Source: Octopus sinensis
Lineage: Eukaryota
DNA: 64,000 nt
Direction: 5' to 3'
Assembly: GCF_006345805.1 (NCBI RefSeq)
Contig: NC_043012.1
Coordinates: 44,268,001 to 44,332,000, forward strand
A program made the position numbers and the translations under genes. Shown one piece after another: positions 12,801-25,053 of the stretch; position 1 is the stretch's first letter; each line of letters starts with the position of its first letter. A model generated the notes under the pieces. The model saw only the letters and a program-made list of their open reading frames with translations, searched no databases and was not told where the DNA came from.

Positions 12801-13150
12801 GTATGTGTGCATATGTGTATGTGTGTGTATGTATGTGTGTATGTATGTATGTGTGTGTATGTATGTGTGTGTGTATGTATGTATGAATGTATGTATGTAT
12901 GTATGCGTGTGTGTGTATGTATGTATGTAGGAATGTATCTCTGTATGTATTATGTGTGTGTACGTAAGGTACATGCGCGTGCTTGTGTGCGTGTGTGTGC
13001 ACGGGCATGTGTGTGTGTGCGCGTGGGGGGTGTGGGGGTGTGGGGGGGTGTATAGGTGTGGAAGTATGTGTGCGTACATGTGCATGTACGTTGTGTGTGG
13101 TGTGTTGGGAGTAGGTGTGTTCGTGGGTACGTGAGTATGTGTGTGTGTTT
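9840..13150. repeat. Degenerate (TG)n/(TATG)n satellite, ~3.3 kb
   Basis: Near-continuous purine-pyrimidine alternation; higher-order 419-bp duplication at about 10930-11770. Confidence 0.95.
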
Positions 13151-13356
13151 GTGACTGCATAAGGACAATTATAAAAAATAAAAATAAATAATAAATAATA
13201 AATAATAAATAATAATTACGGAGATGTACTCGCATAGCAAGTAATTTGATCTGAGATCGTGTGCTGAAACGAAAACAATTGCAGCGTGGAAGGTGTTTAT
13301 AAGCCATTTAAGAAACACACAAAAGCCGTTCGATTCACTCCAACATTTAAGCTTAA

Positions 13357-13406
13357 TTTGTCAAAATATTTTCGTCGCTAAAATCCGCGACCTGTTCACT
13401 GACAAA
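13357..13406 (-). ncRNA. Hammerhead ribozyme-like motif with G3:C8 core (left arm)
   Basis: Reverse complement identical to 13462-13511. Confidence 0.7.
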
Positions 13407-13461
13407 GTCCGTGCTGCATGACCTGTTCACTGACAAAGTCCGTGCTGCATGCAGCACGGAC

Positions 13462-13511
13462 TTTGTCAGTGAACAGGTCGCGGATTTTAGCGACGAAAAT
13501 ATTTTGACAAA
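13462..13511 (+). ncRNA. Hammerhead ribozyme-like motif with G3:C8 core (right arm)
   Basis: UUUGUCA-GUGAACA-G-GUCGC(GGAUUUUA)GCGAC-GAAA-AUAU-U-U-UGACAAA; 7-bp helix I, 5-bp helix II, palindromic AAUAUU helix III. Confidence 0.7.
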
Positions 13512-13643
13512 TTAAACTTAAATGTTGGAGTGAATCGAACGGCTTTTGTGTGTTTCTTAAATGGCTTATAAACACCTTCCACGCTGCAATAAATAATAAA
13601 TAAAAAATAAAAGATGCTAGTGGGGAGAAGTGGAGCGCAGTCA

Positions 13644-14012
13644 CTAAGAGGAGGGGTCTGTGTTTAGTCCGTGTGGGGTTAGAGTCTGTAGAAGGACTAT
13701 GAGCCGTTGCTCCAAGTGAAGCCTAGATTGTGGGGAGCCGTTGTGTGGGGCAAGACCAAACACCGAGATGTCATCGGGGGAATGGCTGGCCGAGCGGAAG
13801 TGACGTGCGACGGGAGAATTGGACCGTAGACGGACATCCCTCAGATGTTCGGCGTCCCGTCTGTCCTATATACAGCATTCCGCAGAGGTTGCATTTAATG
13901 CAGTATATGAGTCCAGACGTGGTGCACGTAAAAGATTGTCTGATACGTACAGTTCCCTGGTTGGAACCGGTGACAGCAGTGGTGTTGGTGATGAAGGGGC
14001 AGGTGTTGCAGC
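13644..14012 (-). pseudogene. Penelope-like element GIY-YIG endonuclease C-terminal fragment
   Basis: CNTCPFI..FTCTTSGLIYCIKCNLCGMLYIGQTGRR..HFRSASHS.DDISVFGL..SRLHLEQRLIVLLQTLTPHGLNTDPSS*; contains frameshifts. Confidence 0.9.
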
Positions 14013-14249
14013 GACATATATATATATATATACATATATACATATATATACATATAAATATATATATATATACATACATACATATATATAATATAAATAA
14101 TATATAAATATATGCATATATACATATATATATGTACATACCTACATATATATGTATATATACATGCATATATGGGTACAGGACATCAAAAAACGTTGAA
14201 CACAATGAGAAACGAAAGCTATATACATACATATATATATATATATATA

Positions 14250-14655
14250 CTCTCTTTACTCTTTTACTTGTTTCAGTCACTTTGACTGTGGCCATGCTGG
14301 AGCACCGCCTTTAGTCGAGCAAATCGACCCAGGACTTAGTCTTTGTAAGCCTAGTACTTATTCTATCGGTCTCTTTTGTCGAACCGCTAAGTTACGGGGA
14401 CGTATTCACATCAGCATCGGTTGTCAAGCGATGTTGTGGGGACAAACACAGACACACAAACATATACATATATACATACATATATATATATACATATATA
14501 CGACAGGCCTCTTTCAGTTTCCGTCTACCAAATCCACTCACAAGGCATTGGTCGACCCGGGGCTATAGCAGAAGACACTTGCCCAAGATGCCACGCAGTG
14601 GGACTGAACCCGGAACCATGTGGTTGGTTAGCAAGCTACTTACCACACAGCCACC
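14250..14655 (-). mobile_element. SINE family A, near full-length
   Basis: Reverse complement of the family A consensus. Confidence 0.9.
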
Positions 14656-14707
14656 ATATATATATACATATATATATACATATATATACATCTATATACA
14701 TATAAAT

Positions 14708-14861
14708 ATATTGTTATATTTCGGAATGGTCATTTTGCCAGTTTAGTCAATAAAAACACACGCACTATATATTTGGTGTTATTTTGCTTCAGTGTTATTT
14801 ATTTTTTACATTAATTTATTGGCTAAACTGGCAAAATGACTATTCCGAAATATTACAATAT
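14708..14861. repeat. Inverted repeat, 47-bp arms with 60-bp spacer
   Basis: atattgttatatttcggaatggtcattttgccagtttagtcaataaa versus its reverse complement at 14815-14861 (3 mismatches). Confidence 0.9.
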
Positions 14862-14974
14862 CTGTTTCAACACACGGCTTCACATAAAAAATCTTGCACA
14901 ACAAATATTTAAACGTACATATAAATATATATATATATTATACATGCTTTTATCTATTTATCTATTTTTTAAAA

Positions 14975-15178
14975 TTTTATTTATCTAGTTTCAGCTCACA
15001 AGCTGTGGCCATGCTGGGGCACCGCCATTTGGTGTTGCTACATGATTTTACTTCACGAATGCTTTTTAGCAATTGCCATTTGGTGCATTCGAGAGTTCGA
15101 TGCAGCTGCCCTCATCTGCACCTCCTGCCGTGAAGTTGGTTCATCTGGGATACCTGACAAGAAGAGATCCAGTTTCAT
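14975..15178 (-). mobile_element. 5'-truncated LINE 3' end (CR1/L2-superfamily-like, tentative)
   Basis: KLDLFLSGIPDEPTSRQEVQMRAAASNSRMHQMAIAKKHS* (stop at 15053-15055), then a 3' UTR matching the SINE A tail. Confidence 0.75.
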
Positions 15179-16769
15179 TTTAAAGAAATACATAATATAT
15201 TATACATATATATATAATATAACTAATATATAAATATATGCATATATACATATATATATGTACATACCTACATATATATGTATATATACATGCATATATG
15301 GGTACAGGACATCAAAAATAACACAATGAGAAACGAAAAGCCCTCACCATTTGTTTTTACTGTTTTGTTCTCATTGTCCTGTTCTTGTTACCAATTTCAC
15401 ATTCCGCAAAAAATCTCAAATTTTATTTAATTTTCTTCGGGAAGGACTGTTTCAACGAAGTCGCGTCTTGAACAGATGAGTTTATAATCAAGTAGTTTAT
15501 CTAGAATTTATTAAAGCCAGCCCCTTCTTTAACTATATGTACCAGAAAATTTGAACTCACCAATGTAAACTCTCAGCAGTTACGCTCCAATGAACAAGTG
15601 ACAATTAAGTAGAATGAGTAGGAGTGACCTGCGCTTAATGGCCTGACGTAATTGATAGTTTCAATAGAAATGTGATGTTCTGTTTACAAATTGAATTTGA
15701 TGATGTCTGATGAAAGTGTATGCGTGTTTGTAGAGATAGGAGATTACGCTTTGGGTGCCTTGGGACCACTGTTCCAACATTTGCTAACGAGACCAGGTGC
15801 AGCAATAAAGATAGATAGATCTAGGTTTGAATCAAGCACGAGCAAAATTCTTGTAACGGGCATTATGAAACATTATACAACTAAATGAGATTACGTCACT
15901 GAAATAATACGTTACAGACGTTAACAAACATCTTATATAGCAGAAAACACCTTAGTGAATCATAAACATCCGATCGAAAAGAAGTGTAAGAAAAATAAAA
16001 TTAAATTATTCGAACTAACAGGGTTGAATTTGAGGACTGTGGTATAAAATGTTAACTAAAAAGTTATATTTATATAATGTTAACATTCTGTGTGCCTACA
16101 AAAAGTCGAACAAGGTTCAATAAAAGACGTTTTCTGTAGGTGTATATAAAACTTTGTTCCGTAACAATTGCCTCTGAATTCTTGTGACGACGTGACATCA
16201 ATCGGACAACTGTGCCCAAATAAATTTTTATTTTATGGTGTACATTGCACAATCCCGTTTGCTTTATTTCACTTTTAAAACGGTCTTTCTTTTTATATTT
16301 TATCAATATTCTTGATGCACATTGTCATCCTTATATGTACTTTTTTTGCTTGTCATGGTCGTCTTTTTCTGCATTCAAGTCCACATGGTCTCCCAAATCA
16401 CATTTTCTCCAATACAGAAAGAATATATTAAATTTTTTTTTTTCAGATATCCGGATACAATCTTTTGATTTGTGTGGATTTTAACCAGTAATAAATTATA
16501 TAGCAAATATTAAAGAATTAACTCCTAAGATACGGAGTTAGCCAAAATAATAATAATAATAATAATAGAGTGATATAAAAGTCTGAGAAATGAAGAAGAG
16601 TGAGAGATAGAGTGAGGAAAGACATACACGGGAAGAAAGAAAATAAAACTGAGAGAAAGATGGCCTTTTTCACTTACATTACAAATGTTAAAAAAGACTT
16701 AAGTGTCACAAATTTGCAGACTTCGCTGAAATTCTGACATTCCATTCTCGCTGTACTGAAGTATTGTTA

Positions 16770-17119
16770 TCTCTCTATATATAAACGGCAAAATGTCTGC
16801 GTGCGTGTCCTTTATACAAATCCACAATTTTTCAGTTAGAGGGCTCCTTTCTATGGTCATTCAAAACCGTCCAAGGGTGGTCGTGCACATCTTTACATTT
16901 CCCCAAAGCCATTAAAATATCAACAGAAGTGACATTTTTGTGAATTTTCTATCCAAAACCCAATCAAAATGCCCGAAACTTGATACGCCAATTGAATGCC
17001 AGTTAGCTGTATGTGATTGGTCGGAGATTTGGATAGTACTCGCGTGTATGTACGCACGCACGCAGCTGTATATGCATGCACTAGCATTATGACCCGGCGT
17101 TGCCGAGTCATAGTGCTTG
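16770..17119 (+). mobile_element. Non-autonomous Helitron-type element
   Basis: Same 5' end tctctctatatataaacggc as 6596; 3' hairpin gacccggc-gtt-gccgagtc then CTTG, between A and T. Confidence 0.75.
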
Positions 17120-18514
17120 TAGTCTTTATATTGCCAAAGCTAGTATAAATTCACTGGTCTCCGGTCTAACATCATACTACGTAATACAAAGGCTTCCTGA
17201 CTGGAGGAAACATCATAATCACCATTATTGTCGTCGTCGTGCCTTATGATATACGGCACGGACAAAAGTTAGATCCTCTTCACTTACATCATCACCACAT
17301 TTAAGAAAGTTATCAATTTTACATTATATCAATTAAGCTTCCTTGCAAAGCTAAAACGTTATGGCAGTATACAAACAACATTGTTGCCATGTAGCGATCA
17401 TCGTAGTGTGAATCTGATTCCAAAATCCGAATATAATGAAGTGATTCAAACGAGGAATAAAAGTTATTATTCCTCGTAAGAACTACTTCACTCCTTTTAC
17501 TTAATTAATATATTTGGCAAAGATATTAATGATACAACTCACTATTTCTCTTTTTCTGAAGCACTGAAGCCTCACATCTACGTAAGAAGAGGTTAATAAT
17601 GTTAGCATTGTGGTATAGAGGCTGCCGTTGCGTGACAGTAATTTTTCCAGAAGCAAATAACAACAACCGGTTTCGAGCGGAGCTATTTTGGTTACGTTTT
17701 CAACAGTTTTAAAAAAGGGTCTGAACATCATAACTTCCTGTGCTGTAAATCTGAATCATTAGTCTAAAATAAAAAAATATTATTAGGGTATCGGAGGCGG
17801 TTGCCATGGCTGCAGAAAATTAAAGCTACATGCTGTCTAGTTCAAATTTCATCGTGGCCGCTGTTGCCTTTCATCCCTCAAGTCTATAAAATAGTTACTA
17901 ATAATGGTTGGTTCAGGAATAATAACAGACATGATGGTGGCGGTGGACAAGCAGAATCAGGAAGAGAGACAAAATGTTTTCAGTATTTAGTTAGATCTCT
18001 CAACGTTCAAATTTCCAATCCAAGTATGTGGCCTTGTATCCATGCTCACAATCAATCGGTCCAGCGCTAACTCACATACATTAAACAATTATTATGTTTA
18101 TGTTTATTATTATTATTATTGAGCCCCAACACAATTTTGATCTCGTACATTTATTCCAACAGTAGCTGTAATCGTGTCTTATTTTCAGACACAGCATATC
18201 AAGAACTACATTATTCAATGGTCATTTTAATAAGAGTAAAGTGATATGTCTGCTGAGTGACCATGTAGGGATTTCTTCTTTGGCATTATTGTTGTTGTTA
18301 TGAAGCAGAATATTTGGCTCGGTCAGAAGACATCAGATCATATCAGTGCCTGGTCTCATACTTTACTGTCCTAAATTCGATAGATGGCACCGTCATCTGC
18401 GACTTTTAATCTTTTAGCGTTAATGGAATAAATTTCTTAGTTTTCTATTATAGTTCTAATCTCTTGGAGCATTAAATCGAACCAGTATTTATCGAATATT
18501 GAAGTAAAAAATGC

Positions 18515-18715
18515 ATGTTGCTTTCAAGTTTTGGCACAAGGCCAACAATTTCGAGGCTGGAGATAGGTCGATTAGGTCCACCAAAGTACTCAACTGGTAG
18601 TTGTTTTATCGATGAAAAGCAAAGTCAACCTCGGCGGAATTTGGACTCAGAAAGTAAAGACGGACGAAATGCCGCTAAGCATCTTGCCCGGCGTGCAAAC
18701 GATTCTACCGCCTTA
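18515..18715 (-). mobile_element. SINE family B
   Basis: Reverse complement of family B. Confidence 0.75.
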
Positions 18716-20594
18716 AAGTAAGAATTGCGTATTGACTTCGACAAATGTAAAGGATTACAGTTAAATACCACGGGTGTTTAGGCCGAAGATCTAATGATTC
18801 TACCTTTAGGTCTGTGGGGAACATTAGCAACTGATGGCTCAACAGTGAATTCAAATCGAATTTGATTCTTTGTCTTTTTAAGCTAAATCCTTAAGTCTAC
18901 ATTTCCTCAATTTATCTAAGATTTTACAAGAAAAAATTATCACTAATTGGACTGAATCCTATCTTAGCTCTTCACTTGCTTCAGGAACCAGCGTTTCGAA
19001 GGAAAAGAAACGCAAATCCAAAGAAACTAGTGAATGCAAAGAATGGTTTGCGGCCTCACTTCGTCCGGTTCGCCGACTTTATTGAATGTGACGTTGTTAA
19101 CCACTTTTCTTTTTTTTTTTTCTTCTTATCTTTGGGTCTCAAACAATAAAATCTACCAAGGAAAAAACAGAGCAAAAGTTTCATTCTTGCAATGACCTCA
19201 AAAGAGTTAATGTTTCATTTTAATTTTTTAAAAAGTGACATTCATTCACCATTAACTAATTAATGTTTCCTCAGGTGCAATATTTTAAGCAGTAAATATT
19301 TTTCGCCTTCTCAGAATGATCGAATAATAGAGATTCCTATGCTATTGCAAAATAATCGATTCTAAGAAAAGAGAGATGACAAAAAAGTGTATCTGTGTTT
19401 TTAGAAATAGGGGGTAAACCAGTTGGCACTCCGAAATCACAATCGTTTCCATTCAAGCGAACTAAAAATGCTTAAACCCTTTTCTTGTATGCCGTGTCAT
19501 ATATTACAGAGATTCGAAAAATTGTAAAAAAAATTAAACTATTTTTTCTGACCTTGTGCAATCACAGTTTCGTATTCTTTTAAATATGCATGGTTCATAA
19601 GACAGAAAATATCTCCAATCCAGCCTGCCTCCAAAAACGTTTACCGACTCCTGTTCACCGTTGACAAAAACAGCTGAAAAAAATTAGACGTTTATTTACT
19701 GTGAAAACCTGAAGTTCTAATGCTTTGAAAAGGACCCTTCTTCGAAGAAAATAAGCGTTGTTTGAAAGATCAGAACTTATCTCAGCCCACAATACACGGA
19801 CGAACTTATTCAATTGTAGGAATTTCAAGCGTATAGTCCGTTCCTTCAAATTCATAAAATGATTTTTTTTTTAAACAGTGTAGCCGGTCATGTGGACCCT
19901 ATACCTTACTGTTGTGTGTTAAGTCTCGCCAGAGTATAGTTTCCAGGAAAACCAAATTCACTACTTGTTCTTTTATTCTGTAGCGATTTCTGTAGCCATT
20001 TCGCTTCATTAATGTCACTAATGCTATTTGGGAAAGACATGAACTTTGTAACTGACAACCTTTTCATCACTGCTGTTGTGGTGTTGGTTATTTGCATTTA
20101 ATTCACAGCTGGGTGCGACCACCTTCGTGTGTCTGGCAGTAGAAGACTATCACTAGTTACTGCTAAACATGAGCTAAAACAGTTGTGATGAAAAGAAAAG
20201 GTTAGAAAGAGTGGGAAAGGCTGAACGGGATTGAATAGAGGAAAAGGGAAATAATGAAACCGAGATAATCATGCTTATCCATTCACACTCGTATTTCACG
20301 ATCGCTCTTACGTAAACACTTTTTTTTTACACTCACTTTTTATTACACCTCTCCGCCCGCACAAATTTCATTTTGCTTTTCAAAAACCTCCAGCAAATCT
20401 TCCCTCTCCTTCTTACATTCTTTGTCTTTCTCCTTGTCGCTCACTCCTCGCTTTTTCTCCTTTACATTTCAAACCCACACTCACCTTTATGAACCTGGAC
20501 ACTCCTTCGTGTAAATAAGCTTCGCTTGTTAGTTACATACGCTCATTTGAGCGCGTATCCATTCACTGATACATATACATACACACAATAGCAC

Positions 20595-20915
20595 TTAATA
20601 TTTTGGCACAAAGCCAGCAATTTCGGGGAAGCGGTTAAGTCTATTACTTCGACCCCAGTACTCACTGGTACTTATTTTATCGACCTGAAAGGATAGAAGA
20701 CAAAGTTAATATTGCACCACCTATCTGTTTTTCGTTCCTTCTTTTACATATATACATTCGTATATCATATTCTATCAACTAGGGGCACAAGGCCTGAAAT
20801 TTTGTGGGAGGGGCTAAGACGATTACATCGATCCCGTATATGGCTGCTTATTTTATCGACCCCGAAAAGATGAAAGGCAAAGTTGACCCCAAGCGGAATT
20901 TGAACTCAGAACGTA
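20595..20915 (-). mobile_element. Two partial SINE family B copies
   Basis: ggcacaaag/aggcc..tttatcgacc(c)..gaaaggatgaaaggcaaagt motifs. Confidence 0.65.
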
Positions 20916-20955
20916 CTCATATAACATATCAAAGAGTTCGCTGTTCACAGACATA

Positions 20956-21028
<73 letters not shown>

Positions 21029-21711
21029 ACACACACACACATACACGTATTTATTAGATACCTATTAATGTCTATTTATCTCGAGTTGCTGACACTACGT
21101 TTCTTGATTTATGTCGATTTCTTAATATCGATTTTCTATGTGAGTACAATTCTTTAGATAAATAGAATAGGATTGTGTGACATTCATGCTTTGCTCATCA
21201 ACATGAGTAAAATGAAATAACTATCAAAGATAATCGAAGCAGAGTCGGCTTTCTCTTGACCTCAACGTAAACAATTGGGAGAGTAAGAGCCAACAAGGAA
21301 ATCGCTCCGTGGTGACTTGACCTCCCACAAGAAGCAGCCAAATCCCTTTAATCATACCCCACTGTTTTAAAAAAATAAGTCGCACTAAACCATTTATTTT
21401 TAAATTGACAAGACCAAGTAAAGTTGAATTCACGTGATCTGGTGGTCTCGCCTTGCTGGCGTTATAAACAAGAGTGCATTTGGACCAAAAGCCAATATGG
21501 GAGTTTCATACATGGAAATTATCGCAGTATAGTTTGATCTAACAGAACATCCACGTATAAGTGGACGTAAAAAGAAAAAAGAAAAAAAGAGTGTGGTCAC
21601 GGGTAGAAAGCCTTTCATGATAAGTCTACGAATGGAACGATTCTCTGATTTTCCTTCCTTTGAAGTCAACAGGAGTAAATCCCTTTTGATGGGTGCCATT
21701 GACAACATTTC

Positions 21712-21764
<53 letters not shown>

Positions 21765-22809
21765 GTGCATGCATGTGTATGTGTGTGTGCACGCATGTGT
21801 GTGTATGCACGCATGTGTGTGTGTGAGTGTATGTTGTACATGACCGAATGGATAAAATGTTCGTTTCGCGATCATGAGATCCCGGGTTCGATTCCACTGG
21901 TATCAATGAGCCAAGTATTTCAGTTGATTGAACGACTGAATACTCATCGTTGCAACTGACGGAGATCCATGTGTGTGTTGAAAATACAAACCTATTTCAC
22001 TACAGTTGTTTCGTTGTCCATTAGAGCAAAGTATTAATCACCTGCAACTCTGTATTTATACTTAAGGGGATATACTTAACATTTCTATTAAGGGAAATAC
22101 TCCCCAGTTGTGTTGTAATTCCTGTGTCGATGGCTTCACGGGCATTTTAGATGTTATCAAATATTTCAAAAGTAAAAGGTTTCGTTTTTACGACAATTTT
22201 CAAATTATGTTCAGCGACCCACAGGTTGCGAATAACTTGCTTTATATTGAACAGTACATGAGATTATTACTAAGTGTGAATAAAAAGGTTAGGGGCCCTA
22301 TCTCTCATTAAACTAACTAAAAACACATACACACACACACACGCACGCACGCACACACACGCACAAACACACAACTCGTGTACCACTTCATTGTAACTTT
22401 TGTCTTCGTTGTTTCATTTCTCTTTCTTTCTCAATCCATTGCATCTTATTCTAAGAGAAGAGACGATCAAAGAGAAAGATGAGCTCAACTTACAGCGAAA
22501 TAAAAGTGATACAACAACAATTGAAACAAGAACATTGTGGAAATAAGATAAAAACAACAGAAACGTTAATAGCAAAACACTCACAGGCAGACGCTATAAC
22601 AAGAGAAACAACATTGAGAGTACATGACCACGATGCAATGACGGAGTCCTTACAGGGTCACTCAGTCAGCTAGAAATAGCTGTCATATTTCCCCGCAATC
22701 ACATTCCGTCCGTGAAATGTTGTCCAAAAGAAGAACGGTTCTGATTGGGAAGTTTTTGATCACAGGCTTGCTTAATCAGGGATGATCTGGAGCTAAACAA
22801 CAACATACC

Positions 22810-23083
22810 TATTTCTTTACTACCCACAAGGGGCTAAACACTAACATACCTATTTTTTTACTACCCACAAGGGGCTAAACACAGAGGGGACAAACAAGGA
22901 CAGACAAACGGATTAAGTCGATCACATCAACCCCAGTGCGTAACTGGTAATTAATTTATCGACCCCGAAAGGATGAAAGGTAAAGTCGACCTCAGCGGAA
23001 TTTGAACTCAGAACGTAACGGCAGACGAAATACGGCCACGCATTTCGCCCGGCGTGCTAACGATTCTGCTAGCTCGCCGCCTT
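22810..23083 (-). mobile_element. SINE family B (long-tail subtype) with 14-bp TSD and duplicated 3' tail
   Basis: TSD aacaacaacatacc at 22796-22809 and 23084-23097; tail segment repeated. Confidence 0.9.
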
Positions 23084-23854
23084 AACAACAACATACCACA
23101 CCGAAAAATATTTGACAACTTCTTCCACAGCAATCACGCAAGTCACAACCTAAACCAACCACCACGCAACAACAATTGATATTCGATTAAATAATAAAAG
23201 ATAGGTGTCCCTCGTATCAATGACCCCGTCGTCATTCTCTCCACCCCTAATCACATCACGTCATCGTACTTTTATGTGAATGAGCCTTACGACGCTGGTC
23301 GCGTCGGCGTAAACTTGATGCGAGGATGTTCGAAGTAAATCGCCGAATAATACAACTTTTCCATCACCACAACTACAGACACTCCACAGCTAACAACGAA
23401 CAAGCTCTAGATATTAACACAGAAAAAAGAAATAGAATAAAGAAAAACGTAAAGAAGGGGGGGGGGACCGACAATAGGTTTTTAAATGTCTACCTCAATT
23501 GTAGGGCATTTTGTTTATTTCGATTGTACCAGCGCATGTTCCGGCCGCCCTTCGCTCTTCCTATTCCTCCTACTACATAAAGATCATCACCTTCCCTCTT
23601 CCTCCTCCCCCTCCGCCTCCACCTCTTTCTCTATCTAGTGACTGACGTTCACTATCATTCGTAACACAAACAGAACACTGGAGTTATGGCGCGGAGGCCA
23701 CATGAAATATTTACCGGCTATCGGAGGAATTCTCTACAGTACAGAGAAGGTAGGGCCTAACCTTACTGAACTTGTTCAATAAGTATCGATGGATAAATGT
23801 GATGCGAATGCGTTGAATATCTTCCATATTATATATGTACATACATTCGTGTGA

Positions 23855-23899
<45 letters not shown>

Positions 23900-23933
<34 letters not shown>

Positions 23934-24077
23934 AAAGAGGAGATAGGTATACATACATGTTTATAGCATATCTGTGATTGTGTCTATGTATATAAATTGA
24001 TATATCAACTTATATATACCAGCGATTCTCAATCTTTTACCATTGCGAGTTACATGTATATAAATGTGCAATGTAAT

Positions 24078-24126
<49 letters not shown>

Positions 24127-24321
24127 CACACACACACACACATACATGTATAACAAACTTGTAACCGAGTATAACTTGCAAGTGGCAGATACCATACATT
24201 CTCTTGTTCTCTCAGGTGGTCATAAAATCGCAACTTAAGAGACCGGCACCTTCTCGCCCTTCACACCTTTCACTTAACAGAACACACAGAGACATGAGAG
24301 CTTGAGAGAGAGAGAGAGAGT

Positions 24322-24358
<37 letters not shown>

Positions 24359-24547
24359 GAGAGAGAGAGAAAGAAAAGAGGAGATAGGTATACATACATG
24401 TTTATAGCATATCTGTGATTGTGTCTATGTATATAAATTGATATATCAACTTATATATACCAGCGATTCTCAATCTTTTACCATTGCGAGTTACATGTAT
24501 ATAAATGTGCAATGTAATGCACACACACCACACACACACACACACAC

Positions 24548-24629
<82 letters not shown>

Positions 24630-24787
24630 TGTATAACAAACTTGTAACCGAGTATAACTTGCAAGTGGCAGATACCATACATTCTCTTGTTCTCTCAGGT
24701 GGTCATAAAATCGCAACTTAAGAGACCGGCACCTTCTCGCCCTTCACACCTTTCACTTAACAGAACACACAGAGACATGAGAGCTTG

Positions 24788-24871
<84 letters not shown>

Positions 24872-25021
24872 AAAGAAAAGAGGAGATAGGTATACATACA
24901 TGTTTATAGCATATCTGTGATTGTGTCTATGTATATAAATTGATATATCAACTTATATATACCAGCGATTCTCAATCTTTTACCATTGCGAGTTACATGT
25001 ATATAAATGTGCAATGTAATG

Positions 25022-25053
<32 letters not shown>

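Larger units (their letters stand above)
13205..13590 (-). mobile_element. Penelope-like pLTR with inverted partial copy (palindrome 13278-13590)
   Basis: Longer copy on minus strand ending in (AAT)-rich DNA; shorter inverted copy 13450-13590; hammerhead motif in both; adjacent to a GIY-YIG fragment. Confidence 0.75.

Noticed and set aside
9866-13055. Very long ORFs (365-454 aa) rich in C/V/Y/M or H/T/Y/I
   Set aside because: These are translations of TG/TATG repeats, which lack stop codons in several frames; there is no protein signal.
13025-13056. G-quadruplex-like G runs
   Set aside because: Part of the degenerate TG satellite edge; nothing suggests function.
18720-20200. Repeat-poor stretch as enhancer or exon
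   Set aside because: TAAT-rich and unique-looking, but no feature can be supported without comparative data.
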